A DNA stretch of 63,510 nucleotides, filler included, from Octopus bimaculoides (Eukaryota): NCBI RefSeq assembly GCF_001194135.2. It is 7 parts of 6 records of this genome, joined end to end, with 100 filler letters (N's around TTAATTAATTAA, not from the genome) between each part and the next. Parts side by side here need not be neighbours in the genome. Positions count along the whole stretch, not along the records: positions 9,693 to 34,613 come from NC_068996.1; 6 more parts are not named here. One strand, written 5' to 3'. The position numbers and the translations under genes are program-made. Numbering within the stretch: the first letter of the stretch is position 1; each line of letters begins with the position of its first letter. Under the pieces are notes generated by a model. The model did not search any database. It had not been told where the DNA came from and saw nothing but the letters and a program-made list of their open reading frames with translations. Below, piece after piece: positions 12,822 through 25,242 of the stretch.

Positions 12822-13374
12822 GAGTGAGAGAGCAAGGCATGCTATCAAAGTGACACTGGGGTAAAATATACAAAGCCCAGTATACCCATCATGACTACCC
12901 GTCTAAGGGTACACCAGGCACATGCAGAACAACCATATGTTCGCGACATGGTGATCTCATATCAAGATTAACAACGCATGACCTCGCAGGCGGGGCCCAG
13001 TTAGAATTTTCTTCAGGTCGAGTAGCCCATCCCGCTCAAAAGGTCCCTGAATAAGGTTTGTTTAAGGATGTTGAGCAAAACACCCATGTTTCTAAAAGTG
13101 AATTCTCCAAACCCCAAATAATTCCTCTCAACACATGGCTATGATGCTCCCCCACTACTTCTGCTTATGATCAGAGATGCACATATCGTCAGCCACCAAG
13201 GGACATACCCAACTGGTTAAAGTCAAATAACTGACAAGCAAATCTGTGGTATTGAGTAGAATATTTGCTGTAGCCCATCTTTTTATACCAAGACAAAACA
13301 ATGTACATGATAACACTTCCAATCAATTAAAATCAGGAGCCATGAGAGCCACTGCCTGGTACTGCATCCGAGCA

Positions 13375-13375
<1 letters not shown>
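12822..13375 (-). mobile_element. Non-coding ~555-bp interspersed element lying between TAA tracts
   Basis: Complex sequence with no ORF, bounded by TAA-type repeats; minus strand ends CTCTCTCACTC(AAT)n. Confidence 0.6.
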
Positions 13376-13468
<93 letters not shown>

Positions 13469-13498
13469 GTCATCATCATCATCATCATCATCATCATT

Positions 13499-13567
<69 letters not shown>
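13376..13567. repeat. Compound (TAT)n(CAT)n(TAT)n microsatellite
   Basis: Direct reading. Confidence 0.97.
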
Positions 13568-14075
13568 GTTTGATGAAAAGTCACAGCTTATTCTGCTGGG
13601 TATGATGGAAAGTGTCAGCTGTCCACAGACAGCAGACTAAGGTGACACTTGTTTATCGGTCATGCTTCAAGAATCCTGTGATGAATTCTTGCAGTTCCAA
13701 GCAATTCTGATTTTTGTGGGTGTTCTTCCTTAACACTTGCACCAATCTTTTTCAGCCATGCTGGTAGTTGAGTGCTGATACTTCCAAGTGCACCAATTAC
13801 TATTGGTATCACGTCTACTCTCTTCATTGACCAAAACCTTCGTATTTCCCACTTTAAATCGTCGTAGTGGTTTAGTTTTTTCTTCCTCTTTCACATTGAC
13901 ACTGTTATCACCGGGGCATGCTATACCGATTATCATGCGTGTTCTTTCTTTTTTATTCACCACAACAATGTCCGGCTTTCACTGTCTGGTCAGGTGATCG
14001 TACTGGATCATTGCATCCCACAGGATTTTGCAGTTCTCATTCTCGGTGACTCCTTCTGGGGTTTTCTCATACGAC
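13568..14075 (-). mobile_element. R4/Dong-like 3' fragment (family F2)
   Basis: YEKTPEGVTENENCKILWD...KPDIVVV...IACPGD...KEEEK...VIPIVIGAL, then 3' UTR and TAA tail. Confidence 0.85.
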
Positions 14076-14076
14076 T

Positions 14077-14319
14077 TGATACCAATAATAATTGGTGCAC
14101 TTGAAAGTATCAGCACTCAACTACCAACATGGCTGAAAAAGATTGGTGCAAGTGTGAAGGTAGAACACCCACAAAAATCAGCATTGCTTGGAACTGCAAG
14201 AATTCTTCGCAGTGTTCTTGAAGCATGGCCAGTAAACAAGTGTCACCTTAATCTGCTGGTTGTGGACAGCTGACACTTTCCATCATACCCAGCAAAGTAA
14301 GCTGTGAGCTTTCATCACA

Positions 14320-14320
<1 letters not shown>
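14077..14320 (+). mobile_element. R4/Dong-like short 3' fragment (family F2), opposite orientation
   Basis: IPIIIGALES...QKSALLGTARILRSVL; 3' UTR homologous to 13568-13720; followed by (TAC)n/(TAA)n. Confidence 0.85.
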
Positions 14321-14378
<58 letters not shown>

Positions 14379-14379
14379 A

Positions 14380-14421
<42 letters not shown>

Positions 14422-14429
14422 TGATGATG

Positions 14430-14484
<55 letters not shown>

Positions 14485-14495
14485 TAATAATAATG

Positions 14496-14549
<54 letters not shown>

Positions 14550-14582
14550 GTAATAATGATTATAATAATAATAATGATAATA
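14321..14582. repeat. Compound (ACT)n/(TAA)n/(TGA)n microsatellite
   Basis: Direct reading. Confidence 0.97.
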
Positions 14583-14599
14583 TAACACAATTTTGAGGG

Positions 14600-14790
14600 G
14601 AAAGGGGTTTAATCGATACCATTGAACTCAGTGCTTACTAGTACTATGATTTATGAATCTCTGACAGATAGTTGGGGGGAAAGAAAAGCAATTTTAACTC
14701 CGACTGGAATTGAATTTAGACGTAAAGAGAAGAATTGCTTCAAAGAATTCCGTCCGATGCTCAACAGATTGTGCCAGCTCGGTCCCGAAT
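14600..14790 (-). mobile_element. Degenerate SINE family A
   Basis: Remnant head GAGCTGGCACAATCTGTTGAGC and GAATTCAATTCC. Confidence 0.55.
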
Positions 14791-14834
14791 AAAGATAATA
14801 ATGACAACGTGATGACGACGACGTTGTCGATGAC

Positions 14835-14871
<37 letters not shown>

Positions 14872-15782
14872 GTCTGCAAGTAGTCATTGAGCTTGGTGAA
14901 ACTCAGGAAGCCATATGCTATACGTCATTGCTTATGTTTCTGCTGCGATACCTATATACCAGGATTGATTAAAAATTATCCACGATTCCAGTGATTATAA
15001 ATAATACCCATGCCCCCAAAATTGAAGCAAAATATCTAACCTGATTCTAATATTGCTCAAACGGGTAGCATGGACCCAAGTATCGATGAACTAAGAGCCA
15101 TGCCCTCAATTGTGATCTCATAAGAAACAGCGTCTCAGTTTTGATGTAACAGTGACACCGTGCCCTTATGACCATGTAATACACAGTATGCTTCCAATAC
15201 TGATAAAATAGGCATCATAGCTCTAATCTTCCTCGAATAAGGACGACGGAGCTAATATTGATGACAGAGGTACTATGTTTTGCATGTTAACGAAATGTGT
15301 ACTCTAACTCAGCGGGTGGGGGAATACGTGTCAATCACAATAGTTACATAATGTAATTATGACGCCCTGCAAGATTAATGGAGGCGTGTGTATGTTGCGA
15401 TGTTGATATTGTTGAAATATGTAACATTCTCTCAGATCATATGTGTGTGTGTGTATGTATACATGCATATATATACATATATATCTATATATATATATAT
15501 ATAAATATATTCACAATAAATTATTTATTTATTTATTTTTTAGAAGAAGAGAACGTTGATTTTGCTTTTTTATTTGGGGTTCCATGACAATGGAGATAAA
15601 TAGAAATATAGGTAGGTAGACAGGCTGAAAGTTAGATAGATACATTTTTTTTATTAGCCACACAGGGCTCAACGAAGATGGGNNNNNNNNNNNNNNNNNN
15701 NNNNNNNNNNNNNNNNNNNNNNNNNNNNNNNNNNNNNNNNNNNNNNNNNNNNNNNNNNNNNNNNNNNNNNNNNNNNNNNNNN

Positions 15783-15930
15783 ATACGACGGGCTTCATTC
15801 AGTTTCCATCTACCAAATCCACAAAGCTTTGGTCGGCTCAAAGCTATAGTAGAAGACACTTGCTCAAGGTGCCACGCCGTGAGACTGAACCTGGAAGCAT
15901 GTGGTTAGGAAGCAAGCTTCTTGCCACCCA
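15783..15930 (-). mobile_element. SINE family B, 5' half, next to a gap
   Basis: CGACGGGCTTC..CAGTTTCCATCTACCAAATCC...GTGCCACGC. Confidence 0.8.
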
Positions 15931-15959
15931 TGTATATATATATAACTTAAATAACTTAG

Positions 15960-17515
15960 TTTTTGCCCAGTATAGGCCCAGGCCATGTATAACTTAATAG
16001 CACCACCTGATGAAGTCTTTTAGATTGTGATTCCTACTTCAGTCATATATGGGACACGATGGCCTACTCTAGCAAAGATTCATTATTGTTGGAGACATAT
16101 CTGCGTGTAGGAGGTAGTTCCGGGATTTTTTGGAGAAATTTGTCTAGAGAACTTTTGAATTTTATGGGATCTGTTTCTGTTTTGACGTATTTTGGTATGG
16201 CATTAAAGAGATCTGGACCGGTTGAGGTAAAGTAGTTGTTTTGTAATGTTGTTTATGTGTTTTGAGTTCAATTTTTGTAGTGGGCGGATATCACGGGAGC
16301 CAAGTCTTCGGTGGATTTTAAAATTGATGCCAACATCATTTGTGCAATATTGATGGAATATTTTCCATATTACACAAATGATGTAGCGCTCACGACGGCG
16401 TTGGAGAGAGTCGAGACTGAGTTTTTTAGTCAACCCCAGTAGTCAATGCTCATTATGCCGTATATCTTTCTTGTTGCTGACCTCAGGAGTGCTTCCACTT
16501 TCATAATGCTTTGCTTCATGTGGGGAGACGACAGGGGTGGGGGGAGCAACAGTATTCAAGGTGGGATCGGGCAAAAGTTGAATAGAGAATAATGATGGTG
16601 TAGGCATCTCTAAACCGGAAAGTTCTCAGAATCCAGGAGCACATCTTACGGGCCAAGTCAACCTTGCTGTTTATGTGGGAACTCCAGCTTAGATTGTTAT
16701 CAACTATTACTCCAAGGCTTCTGGTGTTGTTGGATGACACTAATGAATCGCCCGAGGGAAGGGCATATGGTAAGTTTCAGAGTATCCTCTTTTCCAAAGT
16801 GGATCAAATTAAACTTATCTTCATTTAGAAGCCTATTGTTCTTTTCCGCCCCTTCGACAACTGCAGACAGATCCGACTGAAGGCATGTTCAGTCTCCCAT
16901 ACCGTTTATGGCCTTCTGGAGCTTGGAATCATCTGCGAAGATTTTCAATGTACAGTGTTTGATGACGTCTACTAAGTCATTGAGGTATGTAATGAAGAAG
17001 AGTGGGCCTAACACAGTACCTTGTGGGACACCACTACTGACTTTGATTAATCTAGATAGGATTCCCTCAACCACAACATGTTGAGTTCTGTTCGTCAGGA
17101 AACACTTTATCCACTGCAGCAGCTTTCCACGGATTTCAGTGTTGAACAGTTTCTTTAGCGAGATTTTGTGGACCACTGTGTCAAATGCCTTGCTGAAATC
17201 AATAGCTATGGCATCAATGTTGGAGCCTTCTCCCAAAGCTTTTAAAATGTCATCCAAATAGTGCAGAAGCTGCGATAGGCAGTCCCTGCCATCACGGAAA
17301 CCAAGGTTGGGGTTCAGCAGATTGTTGTCTTCGAGAAAATGGGTTATTCCCGAGCTCACCTTTCTCGCAAATACTTTAATATGAGATGTAAGTGAAATCG
17401 GACTGTAATTCGCTGCAAGTGATTTGTTTTCCTTTTGGGAAACTGGAACGATAGACTGGGGAAAAATGATCAGGAATCTAGCCTGCATCAAGTGAGCTTC
17501 TCCAGAGCTCAGCAA
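15960..17515 (-). mobile_element. CR1/L2-group LINE, 5'-truncated RT pseudogene
   Basis: NYSPISLTS, GFRDGRDCLSQLL, IDFSKAFDTV, SGVPQGTVLGPLFF, FADDSKL, LGVIVDNNLSW, RSHLEYC, SLQRRRERY. Confidence 0.88.
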
Positions 17516-17623
17516 TTTGTTGTCGACACATTTTCAAGACAGTGGCCAAGAACTTATCGAGACCTACTGCTGAGTTGTGCTTGATCTTATTTATTTCTTT
17601 TAGGATATCAGGTGCACGAAAAG

Positions 17624-17850
17624 TTATCCTTTTAGCTTTTAAACTGACCATATCTGGTCTAAATTTCCCTCTGCTTTATGTCCAAGCGTGCTAGTGCTGG
17701 CCTCTCACACCTACTCTTCAATGTCATTGTAAAAATAAAAAATCACATCACCAAAATCTCAAATCTATGTGATGAAGCATGATTAATTCAAAATAATTTG
17801 AATGAATAAGCCTTACATGTGACAGAGGAATCTGAATGCTAAAGGGTTAA
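17624..17850. mobile_element. piggyBac-type MITE
   Basis: Right end GAATGCTAAAGGG-TTAA (17834-17850); degenerate left end TTATCCTTTTAGCTTT. Confidence 0.55.
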
Positions 17851-18199
17851 ACACCATCACAGCGAATATATTTTTTTATTCTTCTGTTATTAGTTATACG
17901 AGGAATATGATGAGACATTGTCTTTAATATTTTGCATTGTATTTTCTTGGCATACTATGGGTTTGGTATGTATTTAATTATTCGCTTACAATAAGAAATA
18001 AGCGACAAACATGGGTATCAGGGTTCATAATTCACAGAATTCCGTTACAGATGAATAACACAGGCTTACTGATATCTTCATACACACACACATGCGCGCG
18101 CGCACCACACACACGCACACATACATACACATACACGTACGCATATATACAGGTAATTTTTTTCCATTCTTTTTATTGTTATTATTCATTTCACTTGAT

Positions 18200-19388
18200 T
18201 CAATCGTTAGAACGGAGATTGGCCAATTCGATCGCACAACCCCCAAAACGATGACAATGCATGTTGCCGTCCACCCTAAGGCGAATGTACACAGGCTCTG
18301 CATGAAGAGGTGTAAAGCTGGACGTGGCCTTATCAGCGTACGGGAATGAATCAACAATGAAAGAAGAAACATGGCAGAGCATTTGGTGAACAGCAAACAA
18401 GACCTGCTATAGTATGCTGCTAATACAGAAGGATTTATCAGCAAGTGGGTGCTAATGAATTGAGAGTACTAATGAATTCCAGTAACGAATTGCCAACGAG
18501 AGAGAAGAAACTCTACTCCGCATGGAATTACATGATCCTTTCCACTGTGACACTAACTACTTAAGACCAGAAAGCATCATCAGGGGTGACCTTAGAAAGA
18601 AGACTGAAAGACTGGTCATCGCTGCCCACGATCAGGCATTGAATACCAACTCAGTGAAAAGGGATATATACCACACAAGTGCAGCGAACCTCTGCAGAAT
18701 GTGTGGGAAGAAAGTCGAAAGCCTGACTCATATTGCTAGTGCTTGTAAAAGTCTTGCGCAGAAAGAGTACAAGCGCAGACACAAGGTAGCCCAAAACTGA
18801 AACTAGCTACTATGCCAGAAGTATGCATACAGGGTAACGGGTGCTTGGTACCAACATACACCGAAAAAGGTAATGGTCGAAAAGGGTAAGGCAAAGATCC
18901 TTTGGGACTTTGATTTCCAGATAGACAAGGTGTTAGAGTACCGAAGGCTGGATATAGAAACCTATAGGAGAGATAAACAAGAGTGCCTAATAATGGACAT
19001 GGCAGTGCCTGGAGATCGAATATCATCAAGAAAGAAAGAGAAGAAGTTGATAAATATGGTGACCTGAGAATTGAGATCGCTAGGATGTGGAAGCTACAAG
19101 AGTCGAACATAAAGGTTACCCCTATTGTCATCGGAGCATTGGGTTCAATGCCATCCAATCTGAAAAAAATATCTGGAAACCTTAGAAATACTCTACAATC
19201 TAGATGTATTGCAAAAGTCGGCATTGCTTGGAACTACATGCATATTGCGTAAAGTATTGCCTGTCTGAGGTCCTTTTTGTGACTTGATAGACAGTACAAA
19301 ACCCCGGTAGACACAATATCTTCAATCAACAACCTCCTGATACTGTATACAGTGCGACGTCTATAATAATAATAATAATAATAATAAT
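18200..19388 (+). mobile_element. R4/Dong-like 3' fragment (family F4): CCHC, RLE, TAA tail
   Basis: HPKANVHRL..GRGLISV, CRMCGKKVESLTHIASAC, KILWDF, DMAVPGD, KYGDLRIEI, PIVIGALG; (TAA)n at about 19363-19388. Confidence 0.9.
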
Positions 19389-19439
19389 GTGATAGCATGA
19401 ATGATATAGTTCCCCTGATAGAGGAAATAGTTCAAATAG

Positions 19440-19725
19440 ATTCAAACTAGGATCCCCAAGGTTACCCTTCCCATCTAAGGGTTATGCCCTCTCCCAAATG
19501 TTGCTCTCTATTCCACAGGTACGTTGGGCCATTCGTTCTAACCGTTTCCCCCACAGCTACCCATCTTTTCACGAATTCATTGGGAGGAAGCATTTCCCTT
19601 TCCTTTTCCACTCTCACTTTCCTTTCCAAGTGAAACTGGAAAGAATCGATGAAGGATTTGCCGAAGAGGAAGGCAAGTTTCCTCAATTCTACCAACCTCG
19701 TCCACCAAACAACCACTTTCGCCAT
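19440..19725 (-). mobile_element. Possible L1/Tx1 ORF2 C-terminal fragment
   Basis: VWWTRL...FHLERKVRVEKE...FVKRWVAV resembles Tx1 ORF2 C-termini; GC-elevated. Confidence 0.45.
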
Positions 19726-20189
19726 AACAACAACAATAATAACAATAGTAATAGCAATGACAAAAGAAAGCGATTTTTATGTTGTATGAGAAAGAATTTC
19801 CTATCGACGCCAGTTTTTGGTATTTTAGCTTTATGGCTTTAGATTACGTCAGATCCAGTTCACAGATAGAAGCGCTTCGCTGGTTTCGAAAGAAGCTCTG
19901 ACGATAACATTTGACCTACTCTCATCAAACACTATTGATTTGCTTGCCGGCTTCGTGCACACACACACACACACACACACACATCCTAATACACACCACC
20001 TGACTGACACCACGTGCGCACGCACTCACACACACATACACATTTAACTATGCGTGTGTGTGTGCGCGCGCACAAGTGCATGCGTATGTATGTGTTAGTC
20101 ATCATCATCGTGACTGAGAGTTTGTGTATTCGTGAGTGAGTGTATGTGTTTATACATGTACATATATTATCATTATCGTTATTATATGA

Positions 20190-20368
20190 AAACCCACAGC
20201 TTACTTTGCTGGGTATGATGGAAAGTGTCAGCTGTCATACTTCAAGAACCCTGCGATGAATTCTTGCAGTTCCAAGCATTGCTGATTTTTGTAGATGTTC
20301 TACCTTCACTCTTGCACCAGTCTTTTTCAGCCATTTTGGTAGTTGATACTTCCAAGTGCACCAATTAC
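20190..20368 (-). mobile_element. R4/Dong-like F2 short 3' fragment
   Basis: Homologous to 13575-13800 with an internal UTR deletion; 5' junction merges into (TAA)n at AATAGTAATTGG. Confidence 0.8.
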
Positions 20369-20397
20369 TATTATTATTATTATTATTATTATTATTC

Positions 20398-20831
20398 TTT
20401 CTTCAAGTTTTCTTCCATTTCTCGCCGAGTGTTTTCCGTACACCTAGGGCCGAGAAACTCATTGTATGCATTCCCAGTTTACACACGCAAATTCACAGGT
20501 AAAATATGTATTAAAAAAATAATGATAAAAAATTTTTAAAATTAATAAATAAATAAATTCCTGAATGGATGTTGTTTTCGCAGTCGTTCCAGTTAACACG
20601 ATTTTTTTGCACTTCCTGTAGGGATGGTACGCCTGGTATCATTTTCAAATAGGTTTAAGTACCATTTTTTTTATCATTCCTAGATACCCTACAATCACTG
20701 GTACGGTAGTCCCCTTGAGGTGCCATATTTTTTCAGTTTCTATTAGCAAGTCTTTATATTTACTGATCTTGTCAAATTCTTTGGCCGCTATATTATGATC
20801 GCAGGGAATACTCGTGTCAATTAATAAACAC
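20398..20831 (-). mobile_element. R4/Dong-like 3' end (family F3): partial RLE, 3' UTR, TAA tail
   Basis: CLLIDTSIPCDHN...KYKDLLIE...PVIVGYLG; tail is the (TAT)n at 20369-20397. Confidence 0.85.
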
Positions 20832-20853
20832 ATTATTATTATTAATAATAATA

Positions 20854-23585
20854 TTGTTTTATAGCTTTTGTTGTTTTTTCTTCGTATTTGTTAGGTAGTA
20901 TGATTTCTTGTTTGTATTTGTCAGCTTCCTTAAATACTGAAAACAGTTTTTTGTTTTGCTCGTGTTTTGTGGCTGTTTGTATTAGTTTTCCTTGCTTCTG
21001 GAGTAGGTATTTTTTCAGTCCTATGGTGGTTATATTATAATAGTTTTCCAGCTGTATAAGGCCTCTACCTCCTTCTGTACGTTGTATATATAGCCTTTCT
21101 ATGTCAGATTTTGGGTGGTGCATCATAGATCCTGTCATTATTTTTCTTGTTTTCCTGTCTATTTTGGTTAGTTTATATAGTGTCCAGTTAAGGATATTGC
21201 AGCTGTAACTTATAACTGGGACGGCTAAAGTGTTGATACCTATTATCTTGTTTTTAGCATTGAGCTCTGTTTTCAGTATTGATCTAACTCGTCTATAGTA
21301 TTCTTTCTTTATTTTCTCTTTCATTTGGGTGTGTTGTATCGTATCTAGTTCATTGATTGCTAAATATGTATATGTCTGGCTTTGGTCTAATTCTCTTATT
21401 TCATTGACTTTGTCTAGTGTGATGTTGCTACTCTTAACTAGTTTTCCTCTTTTCAAGGTTACTTTGGCACATTTTTTTAAGCCAAATTTCATATTTATTT
21501 CTTTGGTAAATCCATGTACTGTCTGTAGTAGTGTTTCCAGCTGTTTATCATTTTTAGCGTATAGTTTTAGGTCATCCATATATAAGAGGTGAATAAAATT
21601 GTTTTGCCGTAACATTTGTATCCGCATCCAGTTCTGTTTAGCATGTCAGATAAAGGTGTCAGTGACAAGCAGAAAAGGAATGGAGAAAGCGTGTCTCCCT
21701 GGAATATTCCTCTTCTAATGGGGATGGCTTTGGTTCTTATGAGTCCCTCTTTTGTTTGGAGTTGTAACACTATCTGCCATTTTTTCATAGAGTGTTTTAT
21801 GTATTTTATGATTATTGGTGCTTCTTTGTTCATGGCTAGTGTTTCGAGGATCCATGTGTGAAGAATACTATCAAAAGCCTTTCGGTAGTCGATCCAGGCC
21901 ATACTGAGGCCTTTCTTCTTTCTGCGGCTGTCTTCAGTTATGGCTTTATTGATCATTAGTTGATCTTTAGAGCCGTATGAGCCCTTGCAGCATCCCTTCT
22001 GCTCTTCTGGAAACAAGTTGTTTTCTTCCAGATGCTTGCTCAATAATCTCTGCGATATTATTGCAGTAAAGGCTTTGTAAATTGTAGGGAGTAATTGCAA
22101 GTTATTGGTCTGTAGTTTTGTGGGTTTGCTGTTTCAGTGGATTTGAGAATTAGGATAGTTTTCCCTTTCGTGAGCCATTCGAGCATTGTTTCTGGCTCTG
22201 CTAGTATGACGTTAAAGATTTCAGCCAGCTTTTTGTGTGTTTCTGTCAGATATTTTAACCAGAAGTTGGGGATCTTGTCGTGCCCAGGTGCCTTCCAGTT
22301 ACTTAGTCTTTGCAGTGTGTGGGTGACCTCTTCAGTTGTTATAGGGGTCCAGAGTTGCTCAGGTGCTAAGTTCGTTGTTTTAATGGTCCTTTTCTGAGGT
22401 TGTTGCTTCACCGACCATATCTCTTTCCAAAATTCTTCCACTTCTCTTGCTGTTAGCGCTGCAACGATGTCCATTTTATTTTTGCCAAGTTCTTGGCAGA
22501 ATTTTTGTTGGGTTGGATTTGAACTGTTTGTTTTGTTCAAAGAAACGTTGGCGTTTCTCATATCGGTGGATCCTTTGTGCTTTGACAAGGATATCTTACT
22601 TTAGCTTTTCTTTTGCCTCAGGTAAATCTTTTTATGTAATGTTGTATTTGCACAGTATTTTTGTTTTCTTTTGTTACTTAGTTGTGTTGATTGTCTACTA
22701 ATTTCGTTAAGAATAGACAGATCTTTTCTGTCCTTTTAATTTTTTTTTTTTTTTTGATATTATTTATCTACAGAATTTATTTGGGCGGTGGGACTCCTGT
22801 TTGGATGGGTTTGAGGGAGTATCCAGCTTCTTTTGTGGCTGCAGTTGCATTTCGCTTGGTGATATTGCCATTTGTTTCTGTGGCTATTAGTTCCGTGACG
22901 GCCAGGTTTATGCTATTTATTATTGATGTTGTTTTATTGTCTATGGGAAATATATTTATTATTGATGTTGTTTTATTGATCTTTGGGAGATATAATCTGT
23001 GGTCCATTCTAAGATCTGTGGTTTTCAGTTCTTTGATTATTCTCATTTTCATAGTATCATAATCATTAGGTTGCCCTTCGTTATTCCCAGGTTTTAGATT
23101 TGTTTCGCCTTCCTTTTCATTCATATTTTGTCTGTGGTGTTCTAGATTGATGCTTTTTGCACATTATTATACATCTCTACGGTCTGGTTTTGTTGTCTTT
23201 TGTTGTTTACTTCGCTTTTGTTGGAAATGTTACGTCTGTCTTCGTGTTTTTCTATCTCAGTGTTTATATTATTTGGCATTTTCCTGATGTATTTTTCCGT
23301 TTCAATGTTCTATTTCTATTACTGATATTTTATGTTTTTGTTTTTTTTTTTTTAATTTTGTTTTAACATCTTCGTAAGTTAGTTTATTAGGGTTCATTGC
23401 TCTGTCCAAGTCATTATTTAGGCTATTTTTCTTACAGATTTTATATGTATAAGTTATTGTGTTTTCGTTCTTTGGGTAGAGCACTGATGTAAAATAACCA
23501 TGTAGGATTGAAATATATTCCTCACGTGTCCAATTATGCCTTTTTGGTTTTATTTGCAGGACATGAGGAACATACTCCAACCCAG
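20854..23585 (-). mobile_element. R4/Dong-like LINE body: N-terminal region and RT, frameshifted
   Basis: RHNWTREEY, WKAPGHDKIPNFWLK, NYRPITC, WIDYRKAFDSI, GIFQGDTLSPFLF, LLYMDDLKL, HPKSDIERLY..GGRGL; runs into a gap at 23586. Confidence 0.92.
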
Positions 23586-24545
23586 ANNNNNNNNNNNNNN
23601 NNNNNNNNNNNNNNNNNNNNNNNNNNNNNNNNNNNNNNNNNNNNNNNNNNNNNNNNNNNNNNNNNNNNNNNNNNNNNNNNNNNNNNNNNNNNNNNNNNNN
23701 NNNNNNNNNNNNNNNNNNNNNNNNNNNNNNNNNNNNNNNNNNNNNNNNNNNNNNNNNNNNNNNNNNNNNNNNNNNNNNNNNNNNNNNNNNNNNNNNNNNN
23801 NNNNNNNNNNNNNNNNNNNNNNNNNNNNNNNNNNNNNNNNNNNNNNNNNNNNNNNNNNNNNNNNNNNNNNNNNNNNNNNNNNNNNNNNNNNNNNNNNNNN
23901 NNNNNNNNNNNNNNNNNNNNNNNNNNNNNNNNNNNNNNNNNNNNNNNNNNNNNNNNNNNNNNNNNNNNNNNNNNNNNNNNNNNNNNNNNNNNNNNNNNNN
24001 NNNNNNNNNNNNNNNNNNNNNNNNNNNNNNNNNNNNNNNNNNNNNNNNNNNNNNNNNNNNNNNNNNNNNNNNNNNNNNNNNNNNNNNNNNNNNNNNNNNN
24101 NNNNNNNNNNNNNNNNNNNNNNNNNNNNNNNNNNNNNNNNNNNNNNNNNNNNNNNNNNNNNNNNNNNNNNNNNNNNNNNNNNNNNNNNNNNNNNNNNNNN
24201 NNNNNNNNNNNNNNNNNNCCCCCCCCCCCCATTATGATCCTCAATTATACTAAGTGAGGTTAGTATATATATATATAAAACTTTACCAATTTTGGCGGGT
24301 AAATAGCGCTCATGTAGCAAACCTAAATTATATTTCAAAATGGCAGCAAACTCATAGTGAAGGTTTCTTAACTCAGATTCGTCTGGTTTATCCGATATTA
24401 GGCATAACAGCGTTTGCTTTAACGATAATGCTTCTATATGCATATATTCGTATATTATATATAGTCATATATACTGTCAGATTTCTATAACCAGAGTGTA
24501 TGATGAGCACATATATCAATGTATACAAATTTTCAATTAATTATA

Positions 24546-24595
24546 TTTTCGGACACCGAGGTTTCATGAAAAAAAACACACACGCTTCAGCGAGA
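24546..24595 (-). ncRNA. Degenerate minimal hammerhead-like motif
   Basis: TCTCG CTGAAG(C) GTG..CAT GAAAC..GTC CGAAA; stem I pairs 4/5, A9 missing. Confidence 0.35.
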
Positions 24596-25000
24596 CGAAA
24601 ATGGTAAGAATTTTCGAAGCACTGGTTCCTAATTGCAATATATGTTTGATTCATCCTGCTGTATAACAATATATCTTGGTGTTGTAATTTCAACGGATTG
24701 TGAGTATTAGACACTCAATTTTACATAAGTTACACATGTATGTATATCACAAATTATATAGTTAGGAGAATCTTCAACACAAGTATTATGTACATCCAAG
24801 TATATGTATTTCTCTCCATTATACTTTCTATCTCATCGTTGATTCTTTTGAATCTTTACGTATTTGGATGGTATATATTTTTAAAGATATTTGTTTACAT
24901 TTATAATATACTCTATACATTTCATCACCGGTTGTCAAGTGTTTGGGTGGAGTGACAAAAAAAGAGACACGTGCGCACATATATATGTGTGTGTGTGTGT

Positions 25001-25242
25001 GGAGGCGCGTGGCTTAGTGGTTAGGGTGTCAGCACCGTGATCGTAAGATTGTGGTTTCGATTCCTGGACCGGGCGATGCGTTGTGTTCTTGAGCAAAACA
25101 CTTCATTTCACGTTGCTCCTGTCCATTCAGCTGGCAAAAATGAGTAACGCGGCGATGGACTGGCGTCCCGTCCAGCTTGAGAACACATACGTCATTGAAA
25201 CCGGGCCCATGAGCCTGGCTAGGATTTTAAAGGGCGCATCCA
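25001..25242 (+). mobile_element. SINE family C
   Basis: Close homologue of 6611-6878. Confidence 0.9.

Noticed and set aside
12975-13060. HDV-like ribozyme suggested by CCTCGC
   Set aside because: Could not build P1/P2/P3 pairings.
13246-14590. Poly-Tyr/His/Ile/Asn and similar low-complexity ORFs throughout the window
   Set aside because: Translations of microsatellites.
16007-16040. CTGATGA as a hammerhead core (similar partial cases near 19880-19930 and 47745-47790)
   Set aside because: No properly placed GAAA, or no supporting stems.
23508-24443. Long ORFs composed of X (also at 25, 31, 38, 41, 46, 49.5 and 56 kb)
   Set aside because: Open only because they span N gaps.
25001-25075. 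tRNA genes
   Set aside because: The tRNA-like segments are SINE heads continuing into SINE bodies; no complete cloverleaf was found.
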